Assembly (NCBI GenBank): GCA_050117845.1
Contig: JASFLY010000016.1
Span: forward strand, 1-57,263
Length of the DNA: 57,263 nucleotides
Direction of reading: 5' to 3'
Origin: Candidatus Zixiibacteriota bacterium
Lineage (GTDB): Bacteria > RBG-13-66-14 > B26-G2 > WVWN01
Shown here: positions 49,704 to 57,263 of the stretch, piece by piece
Numbering within the stretch: position 1 is the stretch's first letter
Layout: each line of letters opens with the position of its first letter
Program-made: the position numbers and the translations under genes
The notes under the pieces: generated by a model
What the model saw: the letters and a program-made list of their open reading frames with translations, nothing else
What the model was told of the DNA's origin: nothing
The model's database searches: none

Positions 49704-50065
49704 TAATCAGCCACCCCCTGACCCGTGCCCTTGAAGACGAGCGTTATGCACTTATGGCCGGTTGACTTCTCTTCGATTTTGAACTCGCTATTTAGCGGGC
49801 CCGTACGTACCGGGAACGCGGTCTGGAGCCGCCTTTCTACCGCCGGGCCGGTGTAAACCTTTTCGACCGGCGTCACCTCGAGGTCGGGGATGAACACCCG
49901 GCTACCCGCCGGGATCTTCTCGAAGTCGTCGCCGTAGATGTCGAGGTTCGACCAGTAGATGTGGCTCCACGCCGCGGAGTCACCGTAGAACCATTCCGCG
50001 AGGAATAGGAGGTCTTGCTCCGGCCCCACGACGTGCCACTTGCCGTTACCATTGCCATTTGCCAT
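49703..50065 (-). CDS. LysM-domain tail protein (gpX-like)
   Basis: HVV...QDLLFLAEWFYGDSAAWSHIYWSN...IPAGSRVFIP. Confidence 0.82.
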   Translation of the reverse strand: MANGNGNGKWHVVGPEQDLLFLAEWFYGDSAAWSHIYWSNLDIYGDDFEKIPAGSRVFIPDLEVTPVEKVYTGPAVERRLQTAFPVRTGPLNSEFKIEEKSTGHKCITLVFKGTGQGVAD

Positions 50066-50726
50066 AACCAATACCCCCTTCATTCTCTTCCGCTTTCTCG
50101 TCGCCCTTTTCTTGGGGGAACATCATCTGAATCGGGTTTTCGTCGCGATCCGCTATGAGTTTCATATTCCACGCGATTTGGGCTTCCTGGGGCTCGTCAT
50201 TGAAGGAGAGTGGGACCGCAGCCATTATGCCGTAGCGTGCGAGCCGCCCCTCGATGTCCTTTAGTTCAACGGGCTCCTCGGCTTTTCGTAATATGCCGTA
50301 GATTTCCGCTAACATATCGAGTTTGTCGACGAAGCAATACGACGGCCCCAGGAATTTATCTATCTCGTGTTTGGCGCGGCCCCACATATCGCCCAACCGC
50401 GGTATCGGGGGTATCGGAACGTGGAGGCTCGGCCCTTTCGGCGCGGTCGTGCGCCAGTTGCCCGCGGTTCCGGCGAGGGTGATTTCGGTCGTTACGGTGG
50501 GGGTTATGAACTTTATCGGTTCGCGGAGGCCCTCGTTCTCGACGACGACGACCCGCTTCGTAGCCGATACCGATATCGACACCGGGAGGGCTATCTTATA
50601 TTGGGCCAATTGTACGAAGGTCTGGTCGACGAACATAACGCCGGCGGCGTCGTCCGGCGTGAACCGTTGGTCCTCCCGGTCCAGGAATTCGCCGATCTTG
50701 GGAATGTACTCAAGTAGTTTAACCAT
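50046..50726 (-). CDS. Tail tube initiator-like protein (DUF6046/gpU-like)
   Basis: LPVSISVSATKRVVV....GL....K.......ITLAG; C-terminal QIAWNMKLIAD; position before LysM and hub. Confidence 0.65.
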   Translation of the reverse strand: MVKLLEYIPKIGEFLDREDQRFTPDDAAGVMFVDQTFVQLAQYKIALPVSISVSATKRVVVVENEGLREPIKFITPTVTTEITLAGTAGNWRTTAPKGPSLHVPIPPIPRLGDMWGRAKHEIDKFLGPSYCFVDKLDMLAEIYGILRKAEEPVELKDIEGRLARYGIMAAVPLSFNDEPQEAQIAWNMKLIADRDENPIQMMFPQEKGDEKAEENEGGIGYGKWQW

Positions 50727-50919
50727 TAGGCCGCACCTCGCTACGGATTTGCTCCAGTATCTGTTTAAGCTTTTCGCCGTCCAATTTATCTACGTTGAAG
50801 GTGTATTTACCGCCGGCGACGTGGACGACAGCGTTGGGCGTCCTGCCGCCCTTACAATCGCGCATAACACTTCGCCCGCGCTCTTCAGTTGAATTCCTCT
50901 TTATTCCATCGTTAGCCAT
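50719..50919 (-). CDS. Small protein resembling a tape-measure C-terminal segment
   Basis: 66 aa, VHVAGGKYTFNVDKLDGEKLKQILEQI; overlaps the start of the next gene by 8 nt. Confidence 0.5.
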   Translation of the reverse strand: MANDGIKRNSTEERGRSVMRDCKGGRTPNAVVHVAGGKYTFNVDKLDGEKLKQILEQIRSEVRPNG

Positions 50920-51007
50920 ATATACCTTATACTCCCCGTCTTGATAGTTACCGTCGGTTTCTATTATATCCTTCTTGCACTTCTTCTTTAAGGTTTACAC
51001 ATCGTTT

Positions 51008-54000
51008 TTATATTTCGACAGTATATCTACGCTTTAATCCCCATGCGTTATTATACGCATCGTACTCTAATACCCCTTCGTATTCTAATTCTTTCAACGC
51101 TTCTTTCCCCATATCGACATCTGTCCGGGTTCTCTTTAATAACTCGCCTTCTTCTATCCATTCAACGCGTAATTCCCGTATATAGGCTAATAGGTACCTC
51201 TTTAAGTACGCGATCACGTAAGCATGGTCATCCCATGTTCGTACCGACATCCATTTTTCTGTTTGTTTATCGTGATACAATACCCCTTCGGTTTCCAACT
51301 CTATTAGCGCTTTTTCGACTAAGTCATTGTAGAAGTACGTACCCGGATTAAAGTAATAACCTTCGTTAGCTAATTCTTTAAATGTTGCCTTAAAACCTAG
51401 AGTGAATACATTATTTTTAAAGTGGTTTTTATAGTTGTTAAATGAATTATCCCTATCGCGCTTCGTCGCCGTCGACATCCATAATTTGGTTTCTTTTTCA
51501 TAATATAATACCTGTTCCTTTTCCAATTCTTTTAACGCTTTTCTCAACTCTTTTTTATCCGTATTACCGCGTCGTAATAGATTATCTTCTGTTTCTGTGA
51601 CACGTATTTTAAATATTTCTTTCGCCAAATATTCTTTTACATTACTTAACGCTACCTCTTTATCACCTTTTTGGTATTTCACCTTCCAACTATCATTCTT
51701 TTTATCGTAAATTAATAGGCCTTCGCCTACCAACTCTTCTATGGCCCTAAAAATTAACTCATCATTTCCAGGTAAAGTATTCGCAATATATGCTCGCCGG
51801 ACTATAACCCCTGGAATAAAAACCTCACTCATAAGCCAATCTTTTAATTGGTTAAAAGATTCTTCCTTGTTTAGTTTCGTTTCCGTTGACATCCATTCTT
51901 CAGTCGATTCGTCGTAACGTAAAACGCCTTCCTTCTCTAACTGTCTTAAGACCTTGTCAACTAATTCGCGGTCCGTTTTTATAAACTCCTCCACTTTTAT
52001 TCCGCGGTATGCGAATTCTTTCCATAATTCGCTTTGTTTTACTCGAAGACCGGTTACAGAAAAGATTTTACGAAAATATTCTTTCAAAAAAGCTAATATG
52101 TCTACTTCGTAAGGGCTATAGCCAGTCGCCAATTTGTACCAAGGACCACCCGAACTCGAAAACACGTTTGTACCGGCCGAAATCTCCCTAACGCCCGTTT
52201 TCTTGGGTAAGGCCGAAATATAGATTTTCCCGTCCCTATATAAATACTCCAAAGCCCAATCCAAGCAGGCTAATCGCATTTCGGCTAATTTAATTAACCT
52301 TTCTTTTGCTAACCAACCGCCGTTTTCTCGACCACCGTCCGAATTCTGATACTCCAACATAATCTCCTCAATACACGGGCTGGCTATCAATCCAACTACT
52401 CCCCCACATTCCGGTGTATGCCAAGGGGTATAACAACCACCAATTTTAATTAAATTGTATCCTTCAATATTGCCTTCCACGCAGAAATGGTCTAAAATCA
52501 TTTCAGCATGGACAGGTCGAAGATCTAATATAACAGCAATAGATGTAACATCGCATTCGGTTCTCTCAAAGATATATAGCTTGACTACTTCAATATATAC
52601 GTCATCGCAATATTCGTTGAAGTAATTTATAAATGAATTCATATTGAAATACTTATCCGATTTTAATATTACCGAGCCATCTTCCACTAAATCTTTTAAA
52701 CAACTCCGTACTGCGTCTACGCTTACTTCGATTTCGATACCGTCTGCGATTTCCTGAAGTGCCGCACCTCCGTCTTGGCCATCTTTTATTGTCGTCCAAA
52801 CTCCCGCTAAGTATTTGAGGATTTCCTCCTTCACCTCGTCGACCGGTAATTCGGTAGGTTCGTTTCCATTAATTTGGTCTTCCGGCCAAGTCGGCTCGTG
52901 CGATACGTCCTCTTCGTCGAAACGGTCCCCGGGGAGCCCCCCCCCCATACCGCCGCCCATAGCCAATACAATCGAGGATAACCCGGTATCCAGCGCCGGT
53001 CTCCGTTGTCCCACGCCGAAGACGGGCGGTCGCTTAACCGGCGACCTCGTAGCGCCCCGTACAGCCCACCCCGCTATCGGCGTCCTAGAACCAGCGACAT
53101 GGATTAACGGCTGCAAATATCGAGTAAAACTCGGTACCTCTACGCCTCGCCACTCCGGGAATTGCACCTTCGGGAGGCTCCGTCCACGTAACTGCCTAGC
53201 CTGCTGCTTACTGGCCGCCCCCTGGCCGACGGTACCCACCACCCGTTTTATAGATTCGACGTCAATTTCTTTAGCGTTTATTACTATAGTCCCCGCGCTG
53301 AAATCTTGATTAACGGCACGGCGTTGTTGACTCACGGTTCGACGAATACCGCGCGGCGTTGTGCCTGACTGTCTACCGTGTTTTTTAGGTTTATCGTTTA
53401 CTGCCTGCCCCCCCGAAACGGCAGATAAAGAAGTAGAAGGTTGCCCCGGCACAGCGGCGGGGGGAATCCTTTCGAACGTTGTCATTTGAGCACGGGATAA
53501 TTCCGTATCGTACGTTGCGACGTACGGCGACCACGACTCAAATGGGGTCGAGCTTACCTTCTGATCGAAACCTCCGAACGCCAACCCGGGCGCACTTAAC
53601 TTAAGTAACTCCGACATTTTTGGGCGTAAACCCGCCGCGACTTCGCCTGAACCTAATATACCGCTTAAGTTATCGATAGCGGTTTTATTTGCACCATAAA
53701 AACTTCCGTCGTATATACTCGGTATTCGGGCGCCGATTCCCGAAAACCCGCCCCTAAGTCCTCCCGAAATATCTACACGAAGCCCGTCCCCCGATACGGC
53801 ACGAATATTAATCCGTGGCGGCGGCCCCACCCTACCGCGGTCACTCCCCGATTCTATTTGTTTAAAAGAAGTTCCCTTATTTAATAAGGGCGTATCCCAT
53901 TCTTTAGGCCACTCTTTGTAATATTCTTGATAGTATCTATCCCCCGGTACTAGTTCCCAACTGGCCTCTTCATAGTTATATTGCAACCCCGGCTCTTTAA

Positions 54001-54631
54001 GATATTTTTCCCATATTTCGTCGAAATCCTCAGGCGCCGTTACGTTAGAATTAACTAAACGATAGTGATGTAACTCGTTAGAGAAAGGACGACTAAAACC
54101 CGCCTCTTTAGCAGCGGCTAGCCAAATACCGTTCGGTCCGCCGGGTAATTCCGGTTTACATGCTAATCTAAAATGTTTACCCGGTACGTCAAGGGAGACA
54201 CCGGCCCAATGACCTAATTCGTCACTACTATCGTACATACCATACTCGTCGGGGAAATCTCCCCCTTCGACCGGAGTACCGAGTTTTCGGTACGCAGAGA
54301 TTATTCGGAAAGTCCCCATTTTAAAAGCCTTATATCCTGGTTTCTCAGTCGCGAATTTAAAAATAAAATACTTCCATAACATAATCCCCCGAATCGTCTC
54401 ATCTGAAGCCCTTATTTGATCTGGTTCGAAATACCCTACACGCGGGTCCGCTCTTGCCACGTCGAGGGGTATCTTCCGGACGCTGGTATCTATATCCTTC
54501 CAGCCCGCCCGGTAGTGTAAATATTCCGTTGTCCCATGACGTTTACATACCCTCGGGAAGATCAACTCCCCGTCTCCGGGCTCGGGGAGGCCCAGCCGTT
54601 CTAATTCCTCTTCCCACCAAAGCTTAGACAT
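51008..54631 (-). CDS. 1207-aa multidomain protein: M15-type Zn-peptidase, low-complexity linker, tandem winged-helix-like repeats (putative tube cargo or TMP derivative)
   Basis: IISAYR, GHWAGVSLD (H-x6-D), ELHH (E-x-x-H); repeats of AL.EL..EGVL.YD....W; RBS AGGAG. The ORF is secure; the function is inferred. Confidence 0.7.
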   Translation of the reverse strand: MSKLWWEEELERLGLPEPGDGELIFPRVCKRHGTTEYLHYRAGWKDIDTSVRKIPLDVARADPRVGYFEPDQIRASDETIRGIMLWKYFIFKFATEKPGYKAFKMGTFRIISAYRKLGTPVEGGDFPDEYGMYDSSDELGHWAGVSLDVPGKHFRLACKPELPGGPNGIWLAAAKEAGFSRPFSNELHHYRLVNSNVTAPEDFDEIWEKYLKEPGLQYNYEEASWELVPGDRYYQEYYKEWPKEWDTPLLNKGTSFKQIESGSDRGRVGPPPRINIRAVSGDGLRVDISGGLRGGFSGIGARIPSIYDGSFYGANKTAIDNLSGILGSGEVAAGLRPKMSELLKLSAPGLAFGGFDQKVSSTPFESWSPYVATYDTELSRAQMTTFERIPPAAVPGQPSTSLSAVSGGQAVNDKPKKHGRQSGTTPRGIRRTVSQQRRAVNQDFSAGTIVINAKEIDVESIKRVVGTVGQGAASKQQARQLRGRSLPKVQFPEWRGVEVPSFTRYLQPLIHVAGSRTPIAGWAVRGATRSPVKRPPVFGVGQRRPALDTGLSSIVLAMGGGMGGGLPGDRFDEEDVSHEPTWPEDQINGNEPTELPVDEVKEEILKYLAGVWTTIKDGQDGGAALQEIADGIEIEVSVDAVRSCLKDLVEDGSVILKSDKYFNMNSFINYFNEYCDDVYIEVVKLYIFERTECDVTSIAVILDLRPVHAEMILDHFCVEGNIEGYNLIKIGGCYTPWHTPECGGVVGLIASPCIEEIMLEYQNSDGGRENGGWLAKERLIKLAEMRLACLDWALEYLYRDGKIYISALPKKTGVREISAGTNVFSSSGGPWYKLATGYSPYEVDILAFLKEYFRKIFSVTGLRVKQSELWKEFAYRGIKVEEFIKTDRELVDKVLRQLEKEGVLRYDESTEEWMSTETKLNKEESFNQLKDWLMSEVFIPGVIVRRAYIANTLPGNDELIFRAIEELVGEGLLIYDKKNDSWKVKYQKGDKEVALSNVKEYLAKEIFKIRVTETEDNLLRRGNTDKKELRKALKELEKEQVLYYEKETKLWMSTATKRDRDNSFNNYKNHFKNNVFTLGFKATFKELANEGYYFNPGTYFYNDLVEKALIELETEGVLYHDKQTEKWMSVRTWDDHAYVIAYLKRYLLAYIRELRVEWIEEGELLKRTRTDVDMGKEALKELEYEGVLEYDAYNNAWGLKRRYTVEI

Positions 54632-54698
54632 CTAAACTCTCCTAACCTACACTTGCGGTCTTGATTCGCACTCTTATTCTGCGTCTTACGGGGAATTT

Positions 54699-55415
54699 TT
54701 ACTGCTCCGCCGGCACTTCGTTCTGTACCCGGGCTCCCAGGGCTTGTATTATTGCTTGTTCGTCCACCGGCGTTTGATTAATAATGATGCTTCCCGTCGC
54801 GAAGTTTTGGCTATAACCGCTGGGCGTCACGCCTCCCATTGGAGACGAAAACCCACCGTTACCGATGGTTAAGGCGGATGCTCCGACAGCGCTACGGTCA
54901 GCTGTAAAGTTATTCATATAATCCTGTATGACCGGTAACGTTTTCCAAGGATTTAGTGCTACGTTGTTCCTAATTCCGTTAAGCGTAGAATTCTCAGTTT
55001 CGGAAAGTTCTCTTTCGTGTCGTTTTTTACTTTGTTCGAGATATAGGTTCCAAAGCTCCTCCTCTTTTCCCCGTGCTTTGTAATCCGCATAAAAATGATA
55101 AAGAACCATAATAGCACTGTAAATATCGCCAATTATCGGGAAAAAACCCCATATCGCGTCCCGAACGCTTGAATTATGATATTCTTCCTCTTTTTGCACC
55201 ATAAGTATTGAGTGTTTCATTAATAATATATTATATTCATCTACTAGCTTTTCATATTCCGCCCTCCAGGCTTCTTTTTGTTGTAATAATATCGCATAGT
55301 CCTCTTCCAACGATTCATACTTCTTTACCCAATCCTCTACCGTTCCACTTATTATATAGGTAGGTTCAAATTGGATTTCGCCGTTTTCGTTTCCTCGGCC
55401 TTCTCCGTTAACCAT
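54699..55415 (-). CDS. 238-aa coiled-coil protein in tape-measure position
   Basis: ATG 55415 preceded by GGAGGAG; heptad repeats, hydrophobic segment AIWGFFPIIGDIYSAIMVLYHFY, C-terminal QNFATGSIIIN motif. Confidence 0.7.
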   Translation of the reverse strand: MVNGEGRGNENGEIQFEPTYIISGTVEDWVKKYESLEEDYAILLQQKEAWRAEYEKLVDEYNILLMKHSILMVQKEEEYHNSSVRDAIWGFFPIIGDIYSAIMVLYHFYADYKARGKEEELWNLYLEQSKKRHERELSETENSTLNGIRNNVALNPWKTLPVIQDYMNNFTADRSAVGASALTIGNGGFSSPMGGVTPSGYSQNFATGSIIINQTPVDEQAIIQALGARVQNEVPAEQ

Positions 55416-55417
55416 CT

Positions 55418-55938
55418 TTACTCCTCCGGCTCTGCGAAGATCTGGCTTACCTCGGCGGCGGTGGCGCGGGCCTGGTACTCGATGAAACATAACGCGTCGG
55501 CCCATCGGTCCATAAACTCTTCAGGTTCGTCGGGTACCTCGCCAAACACCGCTCTAATAAGGGCGCGGGCCCGCGCGATCGAAATCGACCGGCGGGCCTC
55601 TACGCGTTTTTTAGTTTGGTCTCGATGGAGCCGCTGTAGACGTCGGCAATGTGACTGACGATCTTCATCGCTTCGTTGGGATAGGCCGAGAGGTAGTGCG
55701 CCAACACCTCGCGCTCCTCCGGAATAACCGTATCCATCAGGAAGACACTCGCGGCCGTCAGCAGTTTCTTGTCGATAATTAGCGTGGTTAGGTAGCGGTC
55801 GTACGCGTCCATCGAACGGGTGAAGTTGAATTCCGTCTCGTTCTCGTCGTCCAACACGACGGTGACCGTAATATATTCGGACGGAGGATTCTCCCTCAGT
55901 AGTTCCATTAATTCCTTATGGTTTTTCTTCTTAGCCAT
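55418..55938 (-). CDS. Tail assembly chaperone, long (G-T) form made by -1 frameshift
   Basis: Slippery A AAA AAC at 55606-55612; the -1 frame is open to TAA 55418 (KRVEARRSISIARARALIRAVFGEVPDEPEEFMDRWADALCFIEYQ...EPEE). Confidence 0.8.
55600..55938 (-). CDS. Tail assembly chaperone, short (G) form
   Basis: 112 aa, directly after the tube gene, ends KLKNA across the slippery site. Confidence 0.8.
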   Translation of the reverse strand: MAKKKNHKELMELLRENPPSEYITVTVVLDDENETEFNFTRSMDAYDRYLTTLIIDKKLLTAASVFLMDTVIPEEREVLAHYLSAYPNEAMKIVSHIADVYSGSIETKLKNA

Positions 55939-55957
55939 ACTCCTCTCCTATCTCGTC

Positions 55958-56413
55958 TTATACTACTGCGCGCGCTTTCAGTTTCAGGGTTCGCGTTATC
56001 TTCTTGTCGCCCTGCTTGTTGGGCTTCGAGACGCTCGAGACCTTACACTGATCGAGGGTGTCGGTATGAAGGGCGCTCGCCTGCAGCTTGATGAAGTCGC
56101 CGTCCTTGACGTGGTCGGCGTACGATACGACAATGGCGAACGGCCAGTAATCGAGCACCGTTTTTCCGGCCTCCCGAGCCGGGGCCTCGAACTCCTGGTA
56201 CGCGTCCTCCCGTAACTCGACAGTCACGTCGGTGAGTTTCCGGGAGCCGATAGCCATCCCCACGACCTCGCGCGAGCCCTGATTCAATATGGGTTCAGGG
56301 TCGTCTTCGCTGATGTCGTATTCGATGCGCTCGATGCCACCGATCCGTTTACCCATTATTTTTATCGCCACGCTATCCCACGAATGGACAACGCCGTTTA
56401 TAGCCGTAGCCAT
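55958..56413 (-). CDS. Contractile tail tube protein
   Basis: 151 aa, INGVVHSWDSV.I...G..IGGI..IEY; F.IVVSY; DTL..C; QGDK; directly after the sheath gene. Confidence 0.85.
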   Translation of the reverse strand: MATAINGVVHSWDSVAIKIMGKRIGGIERIEYDISEDDPEPILNQGSREVVGMAIGSRKLTDVTVELREDAYQEFEAPAREAGKTVLDYWPFAIVVSYADHVKDGDFIKLQASALHTDTLDQCKVSSVSKPNKQGDKKITRTLKLKARAVV

Positions 56414-56423
56414 CGCTTACCTC

Positions 56424-57263
56424 CTAAACACTCGGCTTGAGCTGCGCCCAGCCGGTAAGTTGCCGTTTGGAACCCGTGGGTTCAATTAAAAGGGCGTAGT
56501 CGAGTTCCTCGGTCACGAGGACGTCTTCCTCAGCCCACACCGTGATCTTGGCGCTGTTGTACGGTTTCTCAACGGCGTCACCCGGCTTCGAAGGATCGAC
56601 GATCCGCGGCTTAAGAATGGTGCCCTGGATCTCCGCCTGGATGGCCGCGGCGTCGTTCGACGATACGCCCGGTTCGCGCGTCAGCGGCTGGAACCAGTTA
56701 CGCATTACGACGTGGGTACCGCCGACGATACGGTAATAAGGCGCTTTGAAGTAATCGCTCACGTTGTCCGCCATGGCCCAGAAATCGCTCGTAACTATTT
56801 TTACGCCGACGCCGGTCCGCGGGAACGCAGCGAGAACGTGGCCGTCGTTGGTCAACTCGGCCGTCCGGTTCTCGAGCGCCGGCTCACCGGGTTTAACGGT
56901 CATATTGTCGGTTTTTGAGTTCCAGGGGTACACCGCAGTAGCCCCCTTATAACCGAACTTCTCGACCCAGCCGACGTCCCAGTGCCAACGCGACCGGAGG
57001 GCCTGGCCCAGAATCGCACCGCACTGGTGCCGGACTTGCGGCCCGCCCAACCAGTTCGGAAGGTCCCGCAACAAGTAGATCCCGCTGATAACTAAGGCGC
57101 CGTTTAGGAGGTCGCTCCCGGGGATGGTCGTCGCCCGGTAGGACTCGGTGGCGGATACGAGGTTGTCGACCCAGTTGTCGATGTCGTACTCGGCCGGGGT
57201 TCCGGTCGTATCGCACTCCGGGACACTTACAATAAACTGCACCGGATGGATATTGTTATCCCA
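56424..57263 (-). CDS. Tail sheath protein, C-terminal part (DUF2586-like); 5' end outside window
   Basis: Frame open to the window end; DVGWV, SDYFKAPYYRIV, DVLVTEEL.....IEP.G..R pattern; upstream of the tube gene. Confidence 0.75.
   Translation of the reverse strand, partial: WDNNIHPVQFIVSVPECDTTGTPAEYDIDNWVDNLVSATESYRATTIPGSDLLNGALVISGIYLLRDLPNWLGGPQVRHQCGAILGQALRSRWHWDVGWVEKFGYKGATAVYPWNSKTDNMTVKPGEPALENRTAELTNDGHVLAAFPRTGVGVKIVTSDFWAMADNVSDYFKAPYYRIVGGTHVVMRNWFQPLTREPGVSSNDAAAIQAEIQGTILKPRIVDPSKPGDAVEKPYNSAKITVWAEEDVLVTEELDYALLIEPTGSKRQLTGWAQLKPSV

Larger units (their letters stand above)
41725..57263 (-). mobile_element. Phage-derived contractile tail module (tailocin/eCIS-like or prophage tail region); extends beyond window
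   Basis: Co-oriented, tightly coupled genes in myovirus order: sheath, tube, chaperone, [TMP slot], initiator, LysM, hub, spike, gp25, J, wedge, fibres. Confidence 0.88.

Noticed and set aside
55416..55505. N-terminal extension MGRRVMFHR... of ORF 54699-55505
   Set aside because: Overlaps the frameshifted chaperone frame; the RBS GGAGGAG supports ATG 55415 instead.
46820..56413. Shared MAT- N-termini (tube, second LysM, spike, gpJ) as a targeting signal
   Set aside because: Only three residues and a common start for phage structural proteins; not distinguishable from chance or translation bias.
41725..57263. Type VI secretion system or classical Afp/PVC eCIS
   Set aside because: No TssJLM, ClpV, VgrG/PAAR or Afp15-like ATPase visible; gene order, HxH spike and G/GT chaperone are phage-tail-like.
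1..57263. CRISPR array, rRNA or IS element
   Set aside because: No regularly spaced repeats, rRNA-like sequence or transposase ORF seen.

Overview
High-GC chromosomal window from a diderm bacterium (PorV-like, TamA/TamB, LptE-like and TolC genes; a candidate-phylum/FCB-related host is an inference only). Positions 1-29200 are mostly ordinary: a Crp-family regulator, tRNA-Val(GAC), a MacAB-TolC-type exporter, a six-gene DAP/lysine operon and TamAB-LptE. The lysine operon is preceded by what looks like a Lys-codon leader-peptide attenuator. Positions 29200-40000 hold a run of exported amidohydrolases, outer-membrane barrels (one frameshifted by a 4-bp duplication) and a BASS symporter. From 41725 to the window end (minus strand) lies a myovirus-type contractile tail module: sheath (cut by the window edge), tube, a tail-assembly chaperone with a clear -1 frameshift site, tube initiator, two LysM proteins, hub, HxH spike, gp25-like protein, a miniaturised baseplate J, a wedge protein with a lectin-like C-terminus, and four paralogous ~295-aa fibre-like proteins. 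No capsid, terminase, lysis or integrase genes are visible, but the upstream end is outside the window. The most unusual part is the tape-measure slot. It holds three ORFs (238, 1207 and 66 aa) that share a short motif, and the 1207-aa one combines an M15-type Zn-peptidase with about eight AT-rich tandem winged-helix-like repeats. This is my best candidate for an undescribed tailocin/eCIS-like system with cargo. All family assignments come from motif recognition by eye; no database searches were run.
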